Shown: piece by piece, positions 1 through 11,869 of the stretch
Numbering within the stretch: the first letter of the stretch is position 1
Layout: the number at the start of each line of letters is the position of its first letter
Assembly (NCBI GenBank): GCA_030295235.1
Contig: AP026125.1
Coordinates: 1,488,001-1,552,000, forward strand
Source: Fistulifera solaris
Lineage: Eukaryota
Direction: 5' to 3'
DNA length: 64,000 bases
Notes under the pieces: model-generated
The model's input: only the letters and a program-made list of their open reading frames with translations
The model's database searches: none
Told to the model about the DNA's origin: nothing
Made by a program: the position numbers and the translations under genes

Positions 1-990
1 GCTTTCCGTTTACTTTTTGTCGCTCTCCTCTCGGGGCCCTGGTCCTTTACCTCCAGCACTATAGTACAACCTGTCCTTGGTTTTACACCAGCGTCTTCGC
101 CAGGGCACAGCCGGACCGGAATAGCTTCGCCAGAAACGGAAACTTGTCAAGCCGTTTCTTCGTCTCAATCAGATGCAACGAACCGTCCGCCCACATGGCG
201 ACAAAAAACTTAAAAAGGGGGTCGAATCTTCTCAGTTGAATACGTATCATTTGATTTGGTCGAAAGGGGCGTGGAAGAAGTTTACGGTGGGATCCATATC
301 TTTATTTGCGGTAAATACTCTGTTTTCTTTTTTACCCTCAAGCAAATATCTTTCAGACAACTTTGGATTACTTGAGCAAATCGCAATTCGAACCGCTCTC
401 TACCTTGGCTACGGACATTGTTTTGCCTTTTTTGGCCAGTGCATGCTGTCTTCTACAGCTCTGGATCAACTTACTGGCGGGCGGCTGTGCGGGATTCAAC
501 ACGACCTTGGGGCCCGTGCGTCCTTACTTTCTCTCTATTTTATTTTTACATCACGCTGACCACTGGGCGATGGAACTCCGGAAAATGGTATTTGGTGACA
601 ATAACTCGTTGGCTGGTGGCGCTTTCGCCTGAGTTGCTGCATATCTGGAATGTTTGGAGTGAAAACAATCGTCAGCACGTCTCTTCTGACGTTTCAGCGA
701 TGCCATTCCAGGCCACTTTGAAGTTGGATATACCCACCATGGGATGTGTGGCATGTATCAACAAAATCAATTCGGCACTAAACACAGATGGTCGCATTTT
801 GGAGGCGAATTCCGAACTAAATCCGTTGGGCGCGAAAGGAGGATATGCGACTGTTCGTGTCGCGTCGCAGACACGAGAAGAGTTGGATCAGTTATGTGAG
901 AAGATTGTTCAGTCGATTGAAAAGGCGGGCTTTGAACCGTGCCGTATAGAATCGATGGACCTGGTCAAGATAGCCGATCTTCTGCAGTGA
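1..990 (+). CDS. MerT-like membrane domain + C-terminal HMA heavy-metal-binding domain protein (5' partial, frameshifted)
   Basis: Joined frames give a signal-peptide-like start (..VQPVLG-FTP..), a MerT-like segment LASACCLLQL..GFNTTLGPVRPYF and an HMA motif IPTMGCVACINKINSAL. Apparent frameshifts near 205 (A-run), ~360 and ~540 (T-runs). The start codon lies upstream of the window. Confidence 0.65.
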
Positions 991-1249
991 CGTTAAGCTA
1001 GTTTGAAGCCAATGTAGAAACATCATTTGACTAGACATGAAAATGTAAACGTCTTTGGCGGAAATCTGGAAAATCGACGATAAATGGTAAATGCCTGACA
1101 AAGTTATCTAACCGTGGTGCTTACAAAACATCAAAAGTTGTCCGTTTAGTCTTATTCATCTCACTCCCTGAGCGTATTACTTCCGAAATTTTTTAACGGT
1201 AAAGCTTCAGTCGATGGAGTAACTAAAAATTAGATTGAATCAAACACAA

Positions 1250-2625
1250 ACTGACCGAAGAAAGACGCGAAAGGCGACTTACTTAACTCATAGAAACGCG
1301 AACCCGGCTGCTGGAAATCTTAAGTTTGTATCGAGCCGCAGCTTTAGTTTGCATCAATCATTGCAAGTATAGGTCAGCGATTCCTATGATGCCGCTTCTT
1401 TCCTAAACGCAGTTTCAGCAGTTAATGTTGCAAGTTAAGAGCACATTTTGTTGACGTTTGGTATCATTTTCTTATCTTCATATTTGACGTGAACGTGAGC
1501 ATCCATTTGTGCCGATAGTCAACAAATACCAGGTACTGAGGATGACATTGCTTGCCGGTCAAAGGGGCTAGCAAGTCGAGATGCTTTGTTTGTAGCGATA
1601 AATCAACGACCAGAAACAATGTTCGCCTCTATGTGACTCCGCCATTGTGTTAGACGCTCTTCCAGTGAGGTTAACGACCGTTTCAGTCGACTATGAAGAA
1701 GTAAATGAGGATATCTAGTGCCTCAATCATCATCTTCGTCGCGATAAAGAAAGGCAGTCGATGCCCAAGAGCTGTTATCATCCTACCATAAAAGTAATTG
1801 TACAAATTTCCTCAAGCATATGTAGGCTGCATCAAGCTGGATAAAGCAGGGCAACTTGGCAAAAATAATCATTTCTCGAAAAATGATTTTAGCAAACGAC
1901 CGCCGCATCCACGATCTTATGATTGTAAAGTAGAAAACACTTCGAACAACATCAGCCCAGGAATAGATGGTTTTAGCTGAAATTGATCAGTGTGACCATT
2001 CGGAGAGGCGGCCGGTATCGGAAGCGCGTTTAGCAAAGCAGGAGGAGTCTGGCTTGGGGAGCCGTTTCGACAACATAATCTGATGCTCAACGACAAGATT
2101 ATGACCACAATATGGTTTCTTAAAGCCGTATGAAGTAGTCTCCGCAATTTATTACAATGAATGCAGTTGATTATTGTAATATATGCGAGACCTGGTCGAT
2201 CCGTCAATTAGAACGATCGACACCCAGTCACGAAAGTAGAAGGAAACGGGGCCCGAACGGCCTTTGCGTCATTTTTCGTCCCTCCATGTGTCTCATACTA
2301 TGTTCAATAGATAGGCATCCATAAATTGCAATGAAACTGGAAAGAAATCCATTTAAAAGTCATCGGTGGCCTGAAAGTGGCAACAAATGAGCCAGCGATC
2401 TTTTTCATGGGCAACCCATCAGCCATCAGCATTTTTTGGCCCAAGAACACGGTTTGGTCACAGTAGCATTATAAAGTAGAGGGTGGATAAGAGTATTTCC
2501 ATTGAGTAAAGGTGACTTCGGAGCGGTACTTGTGTTTTCAATCATGTCGCAGTGTCTTTTAAAATGTCTTCGTGAGTGCACGGACAGACTGCACCCTCTT
2601 TCAGGGCTCGTGACTAAATATTTGT
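1250..2625 (+). repeat. Decayed dispersed repeat, copy A (inverted homolog of 62630-63960)
   Basis: Collinear reverse-complement matches to the window end, e.g. ccgaacggcctttgcgtcatttttcg, gtgacttcggagcggtact, aggcatccataaattg, agctttagttt. No intact ORF. Confidence 0.8.
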
Positions 2626-2866
2626 AGATCCTCCTTCCGGGACTTGATGTTGAGCCCACAACTATACATTGTAGGTCACAGTGAGGACAGCAAAATCTTG
2701 CGTCTCGCGTTTATTTCGCAGTGTCATTTTCGGTTGAAGAGATTACCAGGTACCGTACCTGGTATTCTCTTTACGAAGATGTTCCTTCAAGGAAGGCAGG
2801 TGAAAGTAATTAGCGCTTAATGCGTCTACATAGCTGATCAGAAAGGAATCGGCTGGAGACGAAGGG

Positions 2867-4832
2867 ATGATGGTGCAACTTACTTTGATGTTGTTGCTTG
2901 TCTCGACAAAGAATGTGAAAGGATTCGTGAAACTTGAGTACCGCCCAACAATCATCGTGCCTTCCCCATTGGCTCGAAAATGGGTAAAGTCTTCTTCTGG
3001 AGTCCTTCCGCGGCCCGCTCGACACGGGTTGCTATCGGTTCGAGCAACGTCGCTACCCTTTGAATCGATCAACGTATCGACTTCAATGTATCTCGTCCGG
3101 ATCGTCTTCTTAAGAGCAATGGCTTTTGTGCATTTGGTGGCATTCTGGATAGCTTATAAGCAAAATAAAGCACTGATCGGAGATAATGGTATAACTCCGG
3201 CCCGCGAAGTGCTCGACGCTGCCGAACAAAGAGGCCGACAAAAGACACAACGTCGACTGGAGTGGCGAGAGCAGAATTACACGGAGCCTTCCATTCCTCT
3301 GCTTTCTGTACGCCGAAGAAAAGAGAAACTATTGCGGTGGATTGGGTATTTTGTTGATCGGAATCCTCGTCTTTTGCGTGTGAGGGAAGTTTTATGGGAT
3401 CGGTCCGATTCACTGGATCGACCGCTCACTACAATGTTGTGGCTTGTCAAAGATAGAGAACGCCTGAATCCTTGGCTGGATCGCATCGCCCTTACTGGGT
3501 TATTCGCGTCGGGGCTGAGTATGCTCCTTGGGGCGGCCAATGTACCTCTGGTTTTGGTGGTATGTGTTCTTGAAGCTGTTTCATGCGACCTGATTACAAC
3601 CCTTCATTTCTTACTTTTAAATTTAGCTATGGCTCTGTCAACGCTCTCTGATGGCCGTGGGCGGACCTTGGTACAGTTTCGGGTGGGAACCTCAACTCGC
3701 GGAACTTAGCTTCCATTCTCTCTTTCTGGTACCGTTTCTGTCTCTCAATCCATTACCCAAAAGGGATGTTCCCGCAGCTGTACAGTGGACGATTCGTTGG
3801 ATGCTCTTTCGTATCATGATGGGGGCTGGATTGATCAAACTCCGGAGCAAAGACAAGAAGTGGAACGATCTAAGCGCAATGGACTATTTTTACGAGACAC
3901 AGCCCGTTCCAAATCCGCTGAGCCGGTATTTTCATTGGATGCCGCGATGGTGGCACAAGGGGGAAGTTTTAGCGAATCATTTTGTGGAACTGATAGCGCC
4001 ATGGTTTCTCATCCTTCCCAGCATACCTAGGCCATGGTGCATTTGCGGTGGATTGACACAAATCGTATTTCAGCTCATTCTCATCATGGCGGGCAATCTT
4101 AGTTTTCTCAACTGGCTGACAATGGTTCCGGCAATCATGACTCTGGACGATGCTTTTTTGTCAAGAACATTCCCCCCAGCTTATCGGCAGCTAGCTTTAG
4201 AGCGAGCTACGGCTCAGGACTTATCTTTGCATACGCAAACCATCAGCCTAGTCTTCTTGATTCTTATTTTACGATTAAGTGCTCCGGTGGTGCGTAACTT
4301 ATTATCAAAACACCAGAAAATGAACTCGTCCTTCGATCCCTTGCGCCTGGTGAACACGTATGGTAATTTTGGACAAGTCACTGAAAATCGCTACGAACTG
4401 ATTGTATCGTCTTCATCGAGTCACAACGGAGAATGGAGAGAGTATGACTTCAAGGTGAAAGTAGGTAATATCTACCGGTCTCCACGATTTATATCGCCTT
4501 ACCATTATCGCCTGGATTGGGTCATGTGGATTGCTACGACAAAGACGCGAAGTCTGGACCAGTGTCTCTGGTTGTATCGTTTGTTAAGCAAATTGTTACA
4601 GCAAGATCGGGAAGTGCTTGGTCTACTCGAGAAGGATCCCTGGAAAGACACATCCGCCAAACCAAAATACATCAAGGTCGATATGTATTCGTATCGATTT
4701 CACAGGAAGCAACCCGGCGAACAAAACCCACCCTACTGGGACCGCAAATTTATTACACGCATATATCCAAAAGGGCGTTTGGCATCTTTGAAGTATCTAG
4801 AACAAAGAATAGAATTTTTGTCACGCCGATAG
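2867..4832 (+). CDS. LMF: Lipase maturation factor family protein
   Basis: Motifs LIGDNGITP, WYSFGWEPQLAE, FRIMMGAGLIK, YFYETQPVPNP, SPYHYRLDW. GT-AG intron 3560-3626 joins ORFs 2867-3709 and 3651-4832. Confidence 0.92.
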
Positions 4833-4893
4833 ACTCCATATAATAAATACTGTGAACATCACTAGCTACATTTCTAAAAGCCCGGTCACCATT

Positions 4894-5655
4894 CTAAACG
4901 GACATGAGTTCAAGAGAAGTTCCCATTCCCATGTTCATGCCATTGTATTGAGCTACAGCCTTTTTGGCAGATTCGATGTCTTCGAAGGTGACCTTTCCTT
5001 TTAGAATCATGGGGAAATCTTCATCAACGGCGCACTCAAAATCCGCCACGGCACCCAGTGACTCCAAAGTCATCCTGCAGGCAGCTTCACCCATGTTCGC
5101 CGGGAATCCACTGAATACAATAGTGGGACTATTCACCGGCGGAGGCGCATTCAGCGCCGCCTCGCACTTACGCAACAAACCTTTGTAGTCCTTTCCGTAT
5201 CGCTGAAGCGCCAAGTCCGGATTGGTGAGATACTCCGTGACAGCATTCATCGCATTATGATCATCCTTTGCTTTGAGTCCGTTGTAAAATTCGGCAAAAG
5301 CGGGCTTCGTCCACATGGCCTCTTCGAATTTGGAAGAAAACTTTTCGGGTCGTTTCTTTTCCGTGGTGCCTCCCAACTTTCCGGAAAATCGCAAGCGTAC
5401 TTCTACTAACATGAGTTTAACATCCATCTCATTCATTGCTTGACTGACTCGAATTCCTTTCTCCAAAAGCTCTTCTTCTACTTCTTCGAACGTCATTGGC
5501 TGCACATTGTTGAATTCTTGAGCGACCAGAGGATCGTTGTAGTCTAACGCCATTTTCAGTGCCGTTGCCTTGGTTCTCGGCGCAAAAGCAGCCGGAACCC
5601 AAGCATGCGACACTGTTAGTGATGCAACAACGAAAAGAGCGCTGAGTCGTACCAT
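4894..5655 (-). CDS. Plastid-targeted protein with C-terminal RRM-like domain
   Basis: ATG at 5655 gives MVRLSALFVVASLTVSHA-WVPAAFAP (bipartite signal). C-terminal IVFSGFP..GKVTFEDIESAKKAVAQYNG is RRM-like. Confidence 0.75.
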   Translation of the reverse strand: MVRLSALFVVASLTVSHAWVPAAFAPRTKATALKMALDYNDPLVAQEFNNVQPMTFEEVEEELLEKGIRVSQAMNEMDVKLMLVEVRLRFSGKLGGTTEKKRPEKFSSKFEEAMWTKPAFAEFYNGLKAKDDHNAMNAVTEYLTNPDLALQRYGKDYKGLLRKCEAALNAPPPVNSPTIVFSGFPANMGEAACRMTLESLGAVADFECAVDEDFPMILKGKVTFEDIESAKKAVAQYNGMNMGMGTSLELMSV

Positions 5656-6028
5656 GGTTGATTGTAAAAAGATTAATAAAGTTTGCAAAGAATGAAACGC
5701 GTCGTATGTCGAGCCTTGAAAAACGCGGACTGACGACGCTTTTCTGATGTGCGAGCGACTGTGCAGCTTTGTGTGGCAGTACAAGCTCCACGCGTTACAA
5801 AACTGTGTCACATGTCAGACGTCATCCGCGGACGAGAACGTGTTGATTACCGCAGCGATATTTGACGGATAGGCAAAAATAATGAGGACGACGAGCAGGG
5901 AGATTGAAAAGCAAAACGACGATTTTGATGCAGTCAAAACCAAGGTCAAAACCGCAATGAAGCAAATAATCACCCTGAAACGAAGAGAAAGGTGAAAAGA
6001 CGCGTTTGCGAACTCGTCAAAGACTAGA

Positions 6029-8999
6029 ATGCTGTATAGAATTAACGAATACTGCTGCCGGAAAAGGCGGCGAGTCATCGCATGGTGCGAACTTTTCATC
6101 ATGCTAATGCTACCGATCGTTTGCGTCTATTCTCAGGATTCGGAGGAAATTCTGGACAAAAATGCCGGTTCGCACGCGCGTCCCGTCGTTGTGGATATTC
6201 CGCAACTCGGTCGGGTACAGGGAAAGCGTCTTTCGGGTACTGACTTCTTTGGAGGCATCCCTTATGCTGCGCCTCCGGTCGGAAATCTCCGATGGGCACC
6301 TCCGGAACCGGCTGCTCCCTGGAGTCCGGCGAAACTCGACGCCTCTCACTTCGGTCCCGACTGCTGGCAAATATACGATCCTCTCATCAACCCGACAGCG
6401 GATATTGATCAAATGTCGGAGGATTGTCTGTATTTGAATGTCTTTACGCCAGCGGGGCACTCGGCACGGAATGATCGGCTACCGGTTATGGTTTGGTTAC
6501 ACGGAGGCGCGTTTCGACAAGGAGGGGCCAGGCGAGCTGAATATGACGGTCGACGTCTCGCAGAACGGGGTACGATTGTAGTCACACTCAATTATCGTCT
6601 AGGGGCTTTGGGATTTTTGGTCAGTAGTTCGGACGGTTTATTAGGGAATTTCGGCCTGATGGATCAAAGAGCGGCCTTGTTTTGGGTGAAAGAAAACATT
6701 CGATATTTTGGCGGCGATCCGGATAATGTCACTCTGTTTGGAGAGTCAGCGGGAGCTGTCATGACGCTTCTGCATCTCATGATGGATGGCGCAGGAAAAC
6801 TCTTCCATAAGGCCATCATTCAGAGTAACCCGCTGGGCTTTCAATTCAGATCAATTGTTGTTGCGGACTTTATAGGTGAAGCACTGAAACATTCCGTGGA
6901 TTGTCGTGATTTGGCTTGTTTGCGTTCCGAACGAGTTGAGGAAATAATGAGGGCGCAGTCGAGTTTGATGGGCGTACCTCGCAGTGTGGTAAGTATCAGC
7001 CTTTGCTCTTTCATTATTAAATGCCCCATTGCTCATTGATCATTCCTCTACGCTAGGGGAGACTTCTTTACATGGGCACCCACGTTAAGTGATTCTCTTA
7101 AACTTGTCGTGGGAATACCAAAGGGAGGCTTCGGGAATGGATCACCACTGAGTCGCGGCCATGACATGTTTCGCGACTTGGATTCGTGGAAGTGGCAAAT
7201 GAATAGGGATACGGCATGGGCAGCTGTAAATGTCTCCCAGCCATTGAAGAATTTGGATCTGATTCCAGATGATATTCCTATCATCATCGGAGCCAACAAG
7301 CATGAGGGTGAAATGTTTGTTCACGGGGCTTTTCCAATCACAATGTCAAAGGCAGTGTACTGGATGTTTGTGGGTGCGCTTTTTTCGCGATAGTGCTTCG
7401 CGCGTTTTACGACACTATCGTGGTTACGTGGATCAGATTGAAAGAGAAGCCCAGGAGCTTGCGCGATTGCAAATAGAGGAGGAAGAAAACCGTCAATACT
7501 ACCTTGAGAATCGGGAACAGCTCGAGAAAGAGTACCAAATGCTTCTCGACATGAATGTATCGAGTACAGATGACGTGACCGATAGACCAGGGATAGAAGA
7601 GTTCGTTGCGACCTGGTCGAGAGGAGGAAGTATAGTGAGCGATCTCGGAAACTCGAGTCGTACTTTTTTTAGTCGATTGTGGCCATTCCCTAGCAATAGC
7701 ACGTCGCTTTCTGATGAGGAAAGGTCAAGGATTCGTGACGAAAGACGAAAAGTGAGAGCTAAGGAAAAAGCATTGCGCGAAGCGGCCAAAGTTGTAGTCG
7801 ACTACCGACCTGTTATGAGCAGAATCATTGACGATTACTTATTTCGCTGTCCTGCATGGCATTTCGCTCATAAAGTGAGCCAAATTAGGTTACGAAAAGG
7901 ACACCCCAACAATGTCTACGTATATCAGTTCAGTCATTCGACACATATTCCAGGATTCAAAGAGTGCTGGGGGAAAGCATGTCATACAGCGGAAATTCCC
8001 TATGCTTTTGAAGCGATGGACATTATTCGAGCAAATTATTCTACGCTCAGTCCAATTGCTCAAACAGAAGCTCCTCAATCACCCGAATACCCGTACACTG
8101 ATTTTCTTGCCGCATATCGAGAGGCGTTACAAGCCGCCGACCGCGACGACGCAGAAGAACCTGAAGACATGGGCGATCACAATTACACCCAATCAACTAA
8201 TTTCCAGCGCATCTTGGATCATTTCTTCGGCGATTATTTCAAGGAAGACCCAGATGAAGACATTGCGAATGACATGGGAAACCGGTGGTACGCATTCGCC
8301 CGCAACGGCGATCCAAACTATTCGGAAAGCAAGGCAAAATGGAGACCATGGCGGTATGCCCTAGAAGAACAGCAACGCGACAATCAACGATTTGAGAAAG
8401 ATTTCCACAAAATTGGTAAAGAATTTGACCTGGATCACATCTTCTCACTTGAAAATATTCAGGACGATGAGTGGGACAATTCAACAAAGACGGAAGGATT
8501 TTCTTGGTCTGGGGCATTCGAGGAGCGAGTTTTTCGACGCCGGGTCCTCGACGAGCTTGGAATGGAAGTTGCAGCAGAGGACGTTTTCCAAACGATGCTT
8601 CGAAGGAAAGTAAAGCCTGGCGAAGAACAAGATTACTCTTTAACAGCCTACTATTTGGAAGTGTCACAGGTCCCAAATCTCGACAAGGAAGCCGGGAACA
8701 ACAAAGAAGGCGTCAAGCCTTGAGGCAGTTAGTTCAGATTGCTCAAGACATGAAAATTATGGGAACCGGGCTTCAAGGTGATCACCGAAGAGGGCAAACA
8801 GCTGGTTCATGGGAGGACGATTTCTTTCCACAGATTTTGGAGTTGAAATGGCCACCAGAAGATCGGTTGGTCGAACGAGACTGCACGTGCGACATGTGGG
8901 ACAGAATACGATGTAAGTACATTTACGTTGCTCGTTGCTACCTATCAAGTGGTCTCACAACACATTCTTTCACTTCGCTACGACCTAGACCGATATTAA
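6029..8999 (+). CDS. Type-B carboxylesterase / cholinesterase family
   Basis: GIPYAAPPVGNLRW, SEDCLYLNVF, WLHGGAF, catalytic GESAG, NKHEG, CHTAEIPYAF, C-terminal CDMWD. Introns ~6989-7056 and 8913-8988; frameshifts ~7080, ~7382 and ~8640. Confidence 0.88.
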
Positions 9000-9040
9000 T
9001 AATGGAAGCTCTCTAGTTAAAAAGAAAGTCACACTATTCA

Positions 9041-10651
9041 TTACAGGATTACAATTTCAGGTACATTTTCGTAGCGTTCCTTTCCTTCATCCAACATCAT
9101 CTTCATATCAATAATCTGGGGAAACATTCGCAAAACATTTGTACTCAGCGTGTTCGTTCGGAATCGAACTTCGAGGGATTTCAACTCTTTTTCGCATATC
9201 GCAAGCCGCGGAATCATTTCTTCACTGTAGCTCCGAAGTTTCTTGAGGAGAAACCCTTGATTAGCTAGAACTGCGAGATGCGAATTGTCTGGGCAGTGTT
9301 TCCATAAACCAAGATTCAATAGAGACGAGGCGTATCCTTCTAGCATCGTCCATCCGCCCTGGCGCTCGATCTCTTTCCTTACTTTAGGCGCAGTCCAGAG
9401 ACTTACGAGAAATTTACAAGCCTTTGCGGCCGCCAAGAATTTGTACGCATATTCAATCTCAGTCAATATCTGAGCGAGCTGACCGTCATCAAGCGAGATA
9501 GGAGTACCTTTCAAGTGAAAGCGAAGGTCTGGCTGTGCGAAGAATGTCTCTTTAATCAAAGGCTTCTCCAGTTTCTCGTCAAGTAAATTCTCAAGCCCAA
9601 AAAAGTTGTTGACGTGAAACAGTGCGGAGGAAACAACTGCTGATATGCAATTGTCCTCCACTGCAGCATTGTCAGCTTTAGGTGGCACTTTCATTGACAC
9701 AAATTCAGTGATTTTTGAGTACCTTGCACTCCGTTCTTCATAATGAATATCCTTAGGCGTCAAGCGAGGTGGGGCACAGTTGAAAAGTTTTCGAAGGTAA
9801 TACCGAATGCCATGGCCGAGCTTCTCTATCAAACGCCGTTCAGCAAGCAGGAGTTCGACCTCATCGTCGCGACCCATTATACGATCCAATACATTTTCGA
9901 ACTCTTTCTTATAGTCCCCCATGACTTTCTCGATACGCTTGGTGTCTTCAATCCCTACAGCCTTCGCACATTCTTCCAGCAACGAGGTATTGGACGATAT
10001 GAAATTCTCTTTCTTGTCAAGTGCTCCGAGAAAAACGATCAATTCCCTCATTTGTGAGACAGTTGTACTCATGATGACTGCATCTTTCATATCCGTCAGT
10101 GATTTCACACAAAGTACAACTTTGGTTAAGGCGTTGATTGCTTTGTGTTGATGCCCTGCTGAATTTTCTCCTTCCCGATCGACGGGCACTACCACGGACG
10201 AACAGTCGTGAGTACTGAAGGCAACTCGTCGTTTCCCTGTCTTTTTGTTGACGCCGTAAGATGGGTCTGCCGAGACAGCCTCTACTGCCACAAAGGCACG
10301 AAAAAGGTCCAGGAGGGGACTTTCATTGTAGTTATAACAACTATTATTCGACGTTAAGAAGAAAAGAGAAAAGACTGCCGGAAGGACAGCATCCTGTATA
10401 AAGTGTCGAATTCGTGAGAGGTGGGCGAATTAGGCACAAAACACTGACGTAGAGCACAAGCAAGTACTAACAAGCTGGGCCGCATCGGGGAAAAGTTCTT
10501 TTTTGCACGCGATGATTGCGTTGGCTGTAACACCATCGCCTGAAAGGGTGCCACACGACGACGCAAATAAGCGTTTGGGAGTTTTGTTCGAATCAGATGC
10601 CTCTAGAGCCTCCGCCTTGCGCTTGATGGCGCTCCTCGTTATTGCGGTCAT
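9041..10651 (-). CDS. Hypothetical protein (5' structure uncertain)
   Basis: 416-aa ORF 9041-10291 plus upstream ATG ORF 10430-10651 (MTAITRSAIKRKAE..). They must be joined through frameshifts or an intron; no recognisable domain. Confidence 0.6.
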
Positions 10652-10989
10652 TGTTTCGTGAAGAAAAGCAACTTAAAAGCAGTTAACCTGTATTTTTGCA
10701 CGAGCACAAGGGGAAAACTTGATTGTGGCTTTAAAACTCATCTTGCGAGCGCAGCGTTGTTTGTTGCTGCTTTTGCCGCGCATTTTGATCGACATGCAAA
10801 CATAATGTTGGCTTGCGCGCATACATATATTGGAACGACAACAAAAGTACACAATTTAAATAAACTATTTCCGTTGGCGCAAACCTATCTATCTAAAAAT
10901 CCAAGACAATGTCATAATAATATAAAATAATTCGTTCAGCTCAATACTGTATACTGTACAAAGTATAGTTGACTGTGGTGATAGCTACA

Positions 10990-11469
10990 CTACATCGATA
11001 AAATTCTTACAGCGCCTACGTGAAACCGGCGTAGACATTCCAAGCATTGTATCTTAACTGTTGTCTACGTTTTGAATCCGAAGTGTTTGTGAACATCGTT
11101 TGTTAGAATAGTTCAATGCCATTGGGTCATAATTTTGATGGCATTGCGTTCCAACATAATCGAAAAATGGTGTTTACCCAAGCTCCGGGTTCCCCTCTGT
11201 CGATAAATTTCCCTACGGCGCCTACGTGAAACACACGTAGAAATTCGAAGCATTGTACTTGTTGTTTTTTCAGGTTTGGTATTCCAATCAGTGTCGACTC
11301 TAGCTTAAGGTGTCTATTCAAAGATGTTCAGGAATGCTTCAATGAATTTGTTGCCTTCGAACTCGATACTTGATGAGTTCGAAATCGATAAATGTTGGGT
11401 GCTCCCTACATCGATAAAAAATCCTATGGGGTCTACTTGATTTCAGGTAGACATTCGAAGCGTTGTATC
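10990..11469. repeat. Degenerate tandem triplication, ~205-211-bp period, with conserved hairpin
   Basis: Core (CTACA)TCGATAAA..CTAC..GTAGA.ATTC.AAGC.TTGTA recurs at 10990, ~11195 and 11406. Confidence 0.75.
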
Positions 11470-11869
11470 GTCGCTCTTTTCAAAGAAGTCGATCATAATT
11501 ATTTTCAAAACAAAAACTCCGTTATTTGAGTTTGAAGGAGGGTGGTTACGAGTGATGAGTGATGGCAGCTACGGCAGATGGCACCTTTGCAAAACGCTTG
11601 AGATAAGAAAAAAGAAAGCGGGCTCGAGAAAAGGACTACACCTACTTTGTATAGTGCACGGAAATGAATGAATGATGCAGAACATTATTTAGTGAGACTT
11701 AAACGGATTTCAGTCCCGTGTTAGGGAGCGCGTGTCGTTGCGATAAAGAGTTGTGGAAATGGTCTTTATTTCATAATTACCGGTAGAGAGAAACAGAACG
11801 TAACTCCTATACTGCATTCGCTAAAAAGCACTTCGTTTTAGTGTGAACAATCTAAGTATCTGCGTGCTC

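Noticed and set aside
11357..11390. Hammerhead-like TGATGAG..CGAAA
   Set aside because: The core is TTGATGA rather than CTGATGA, stem II would be too short, and no stems I/III were found.
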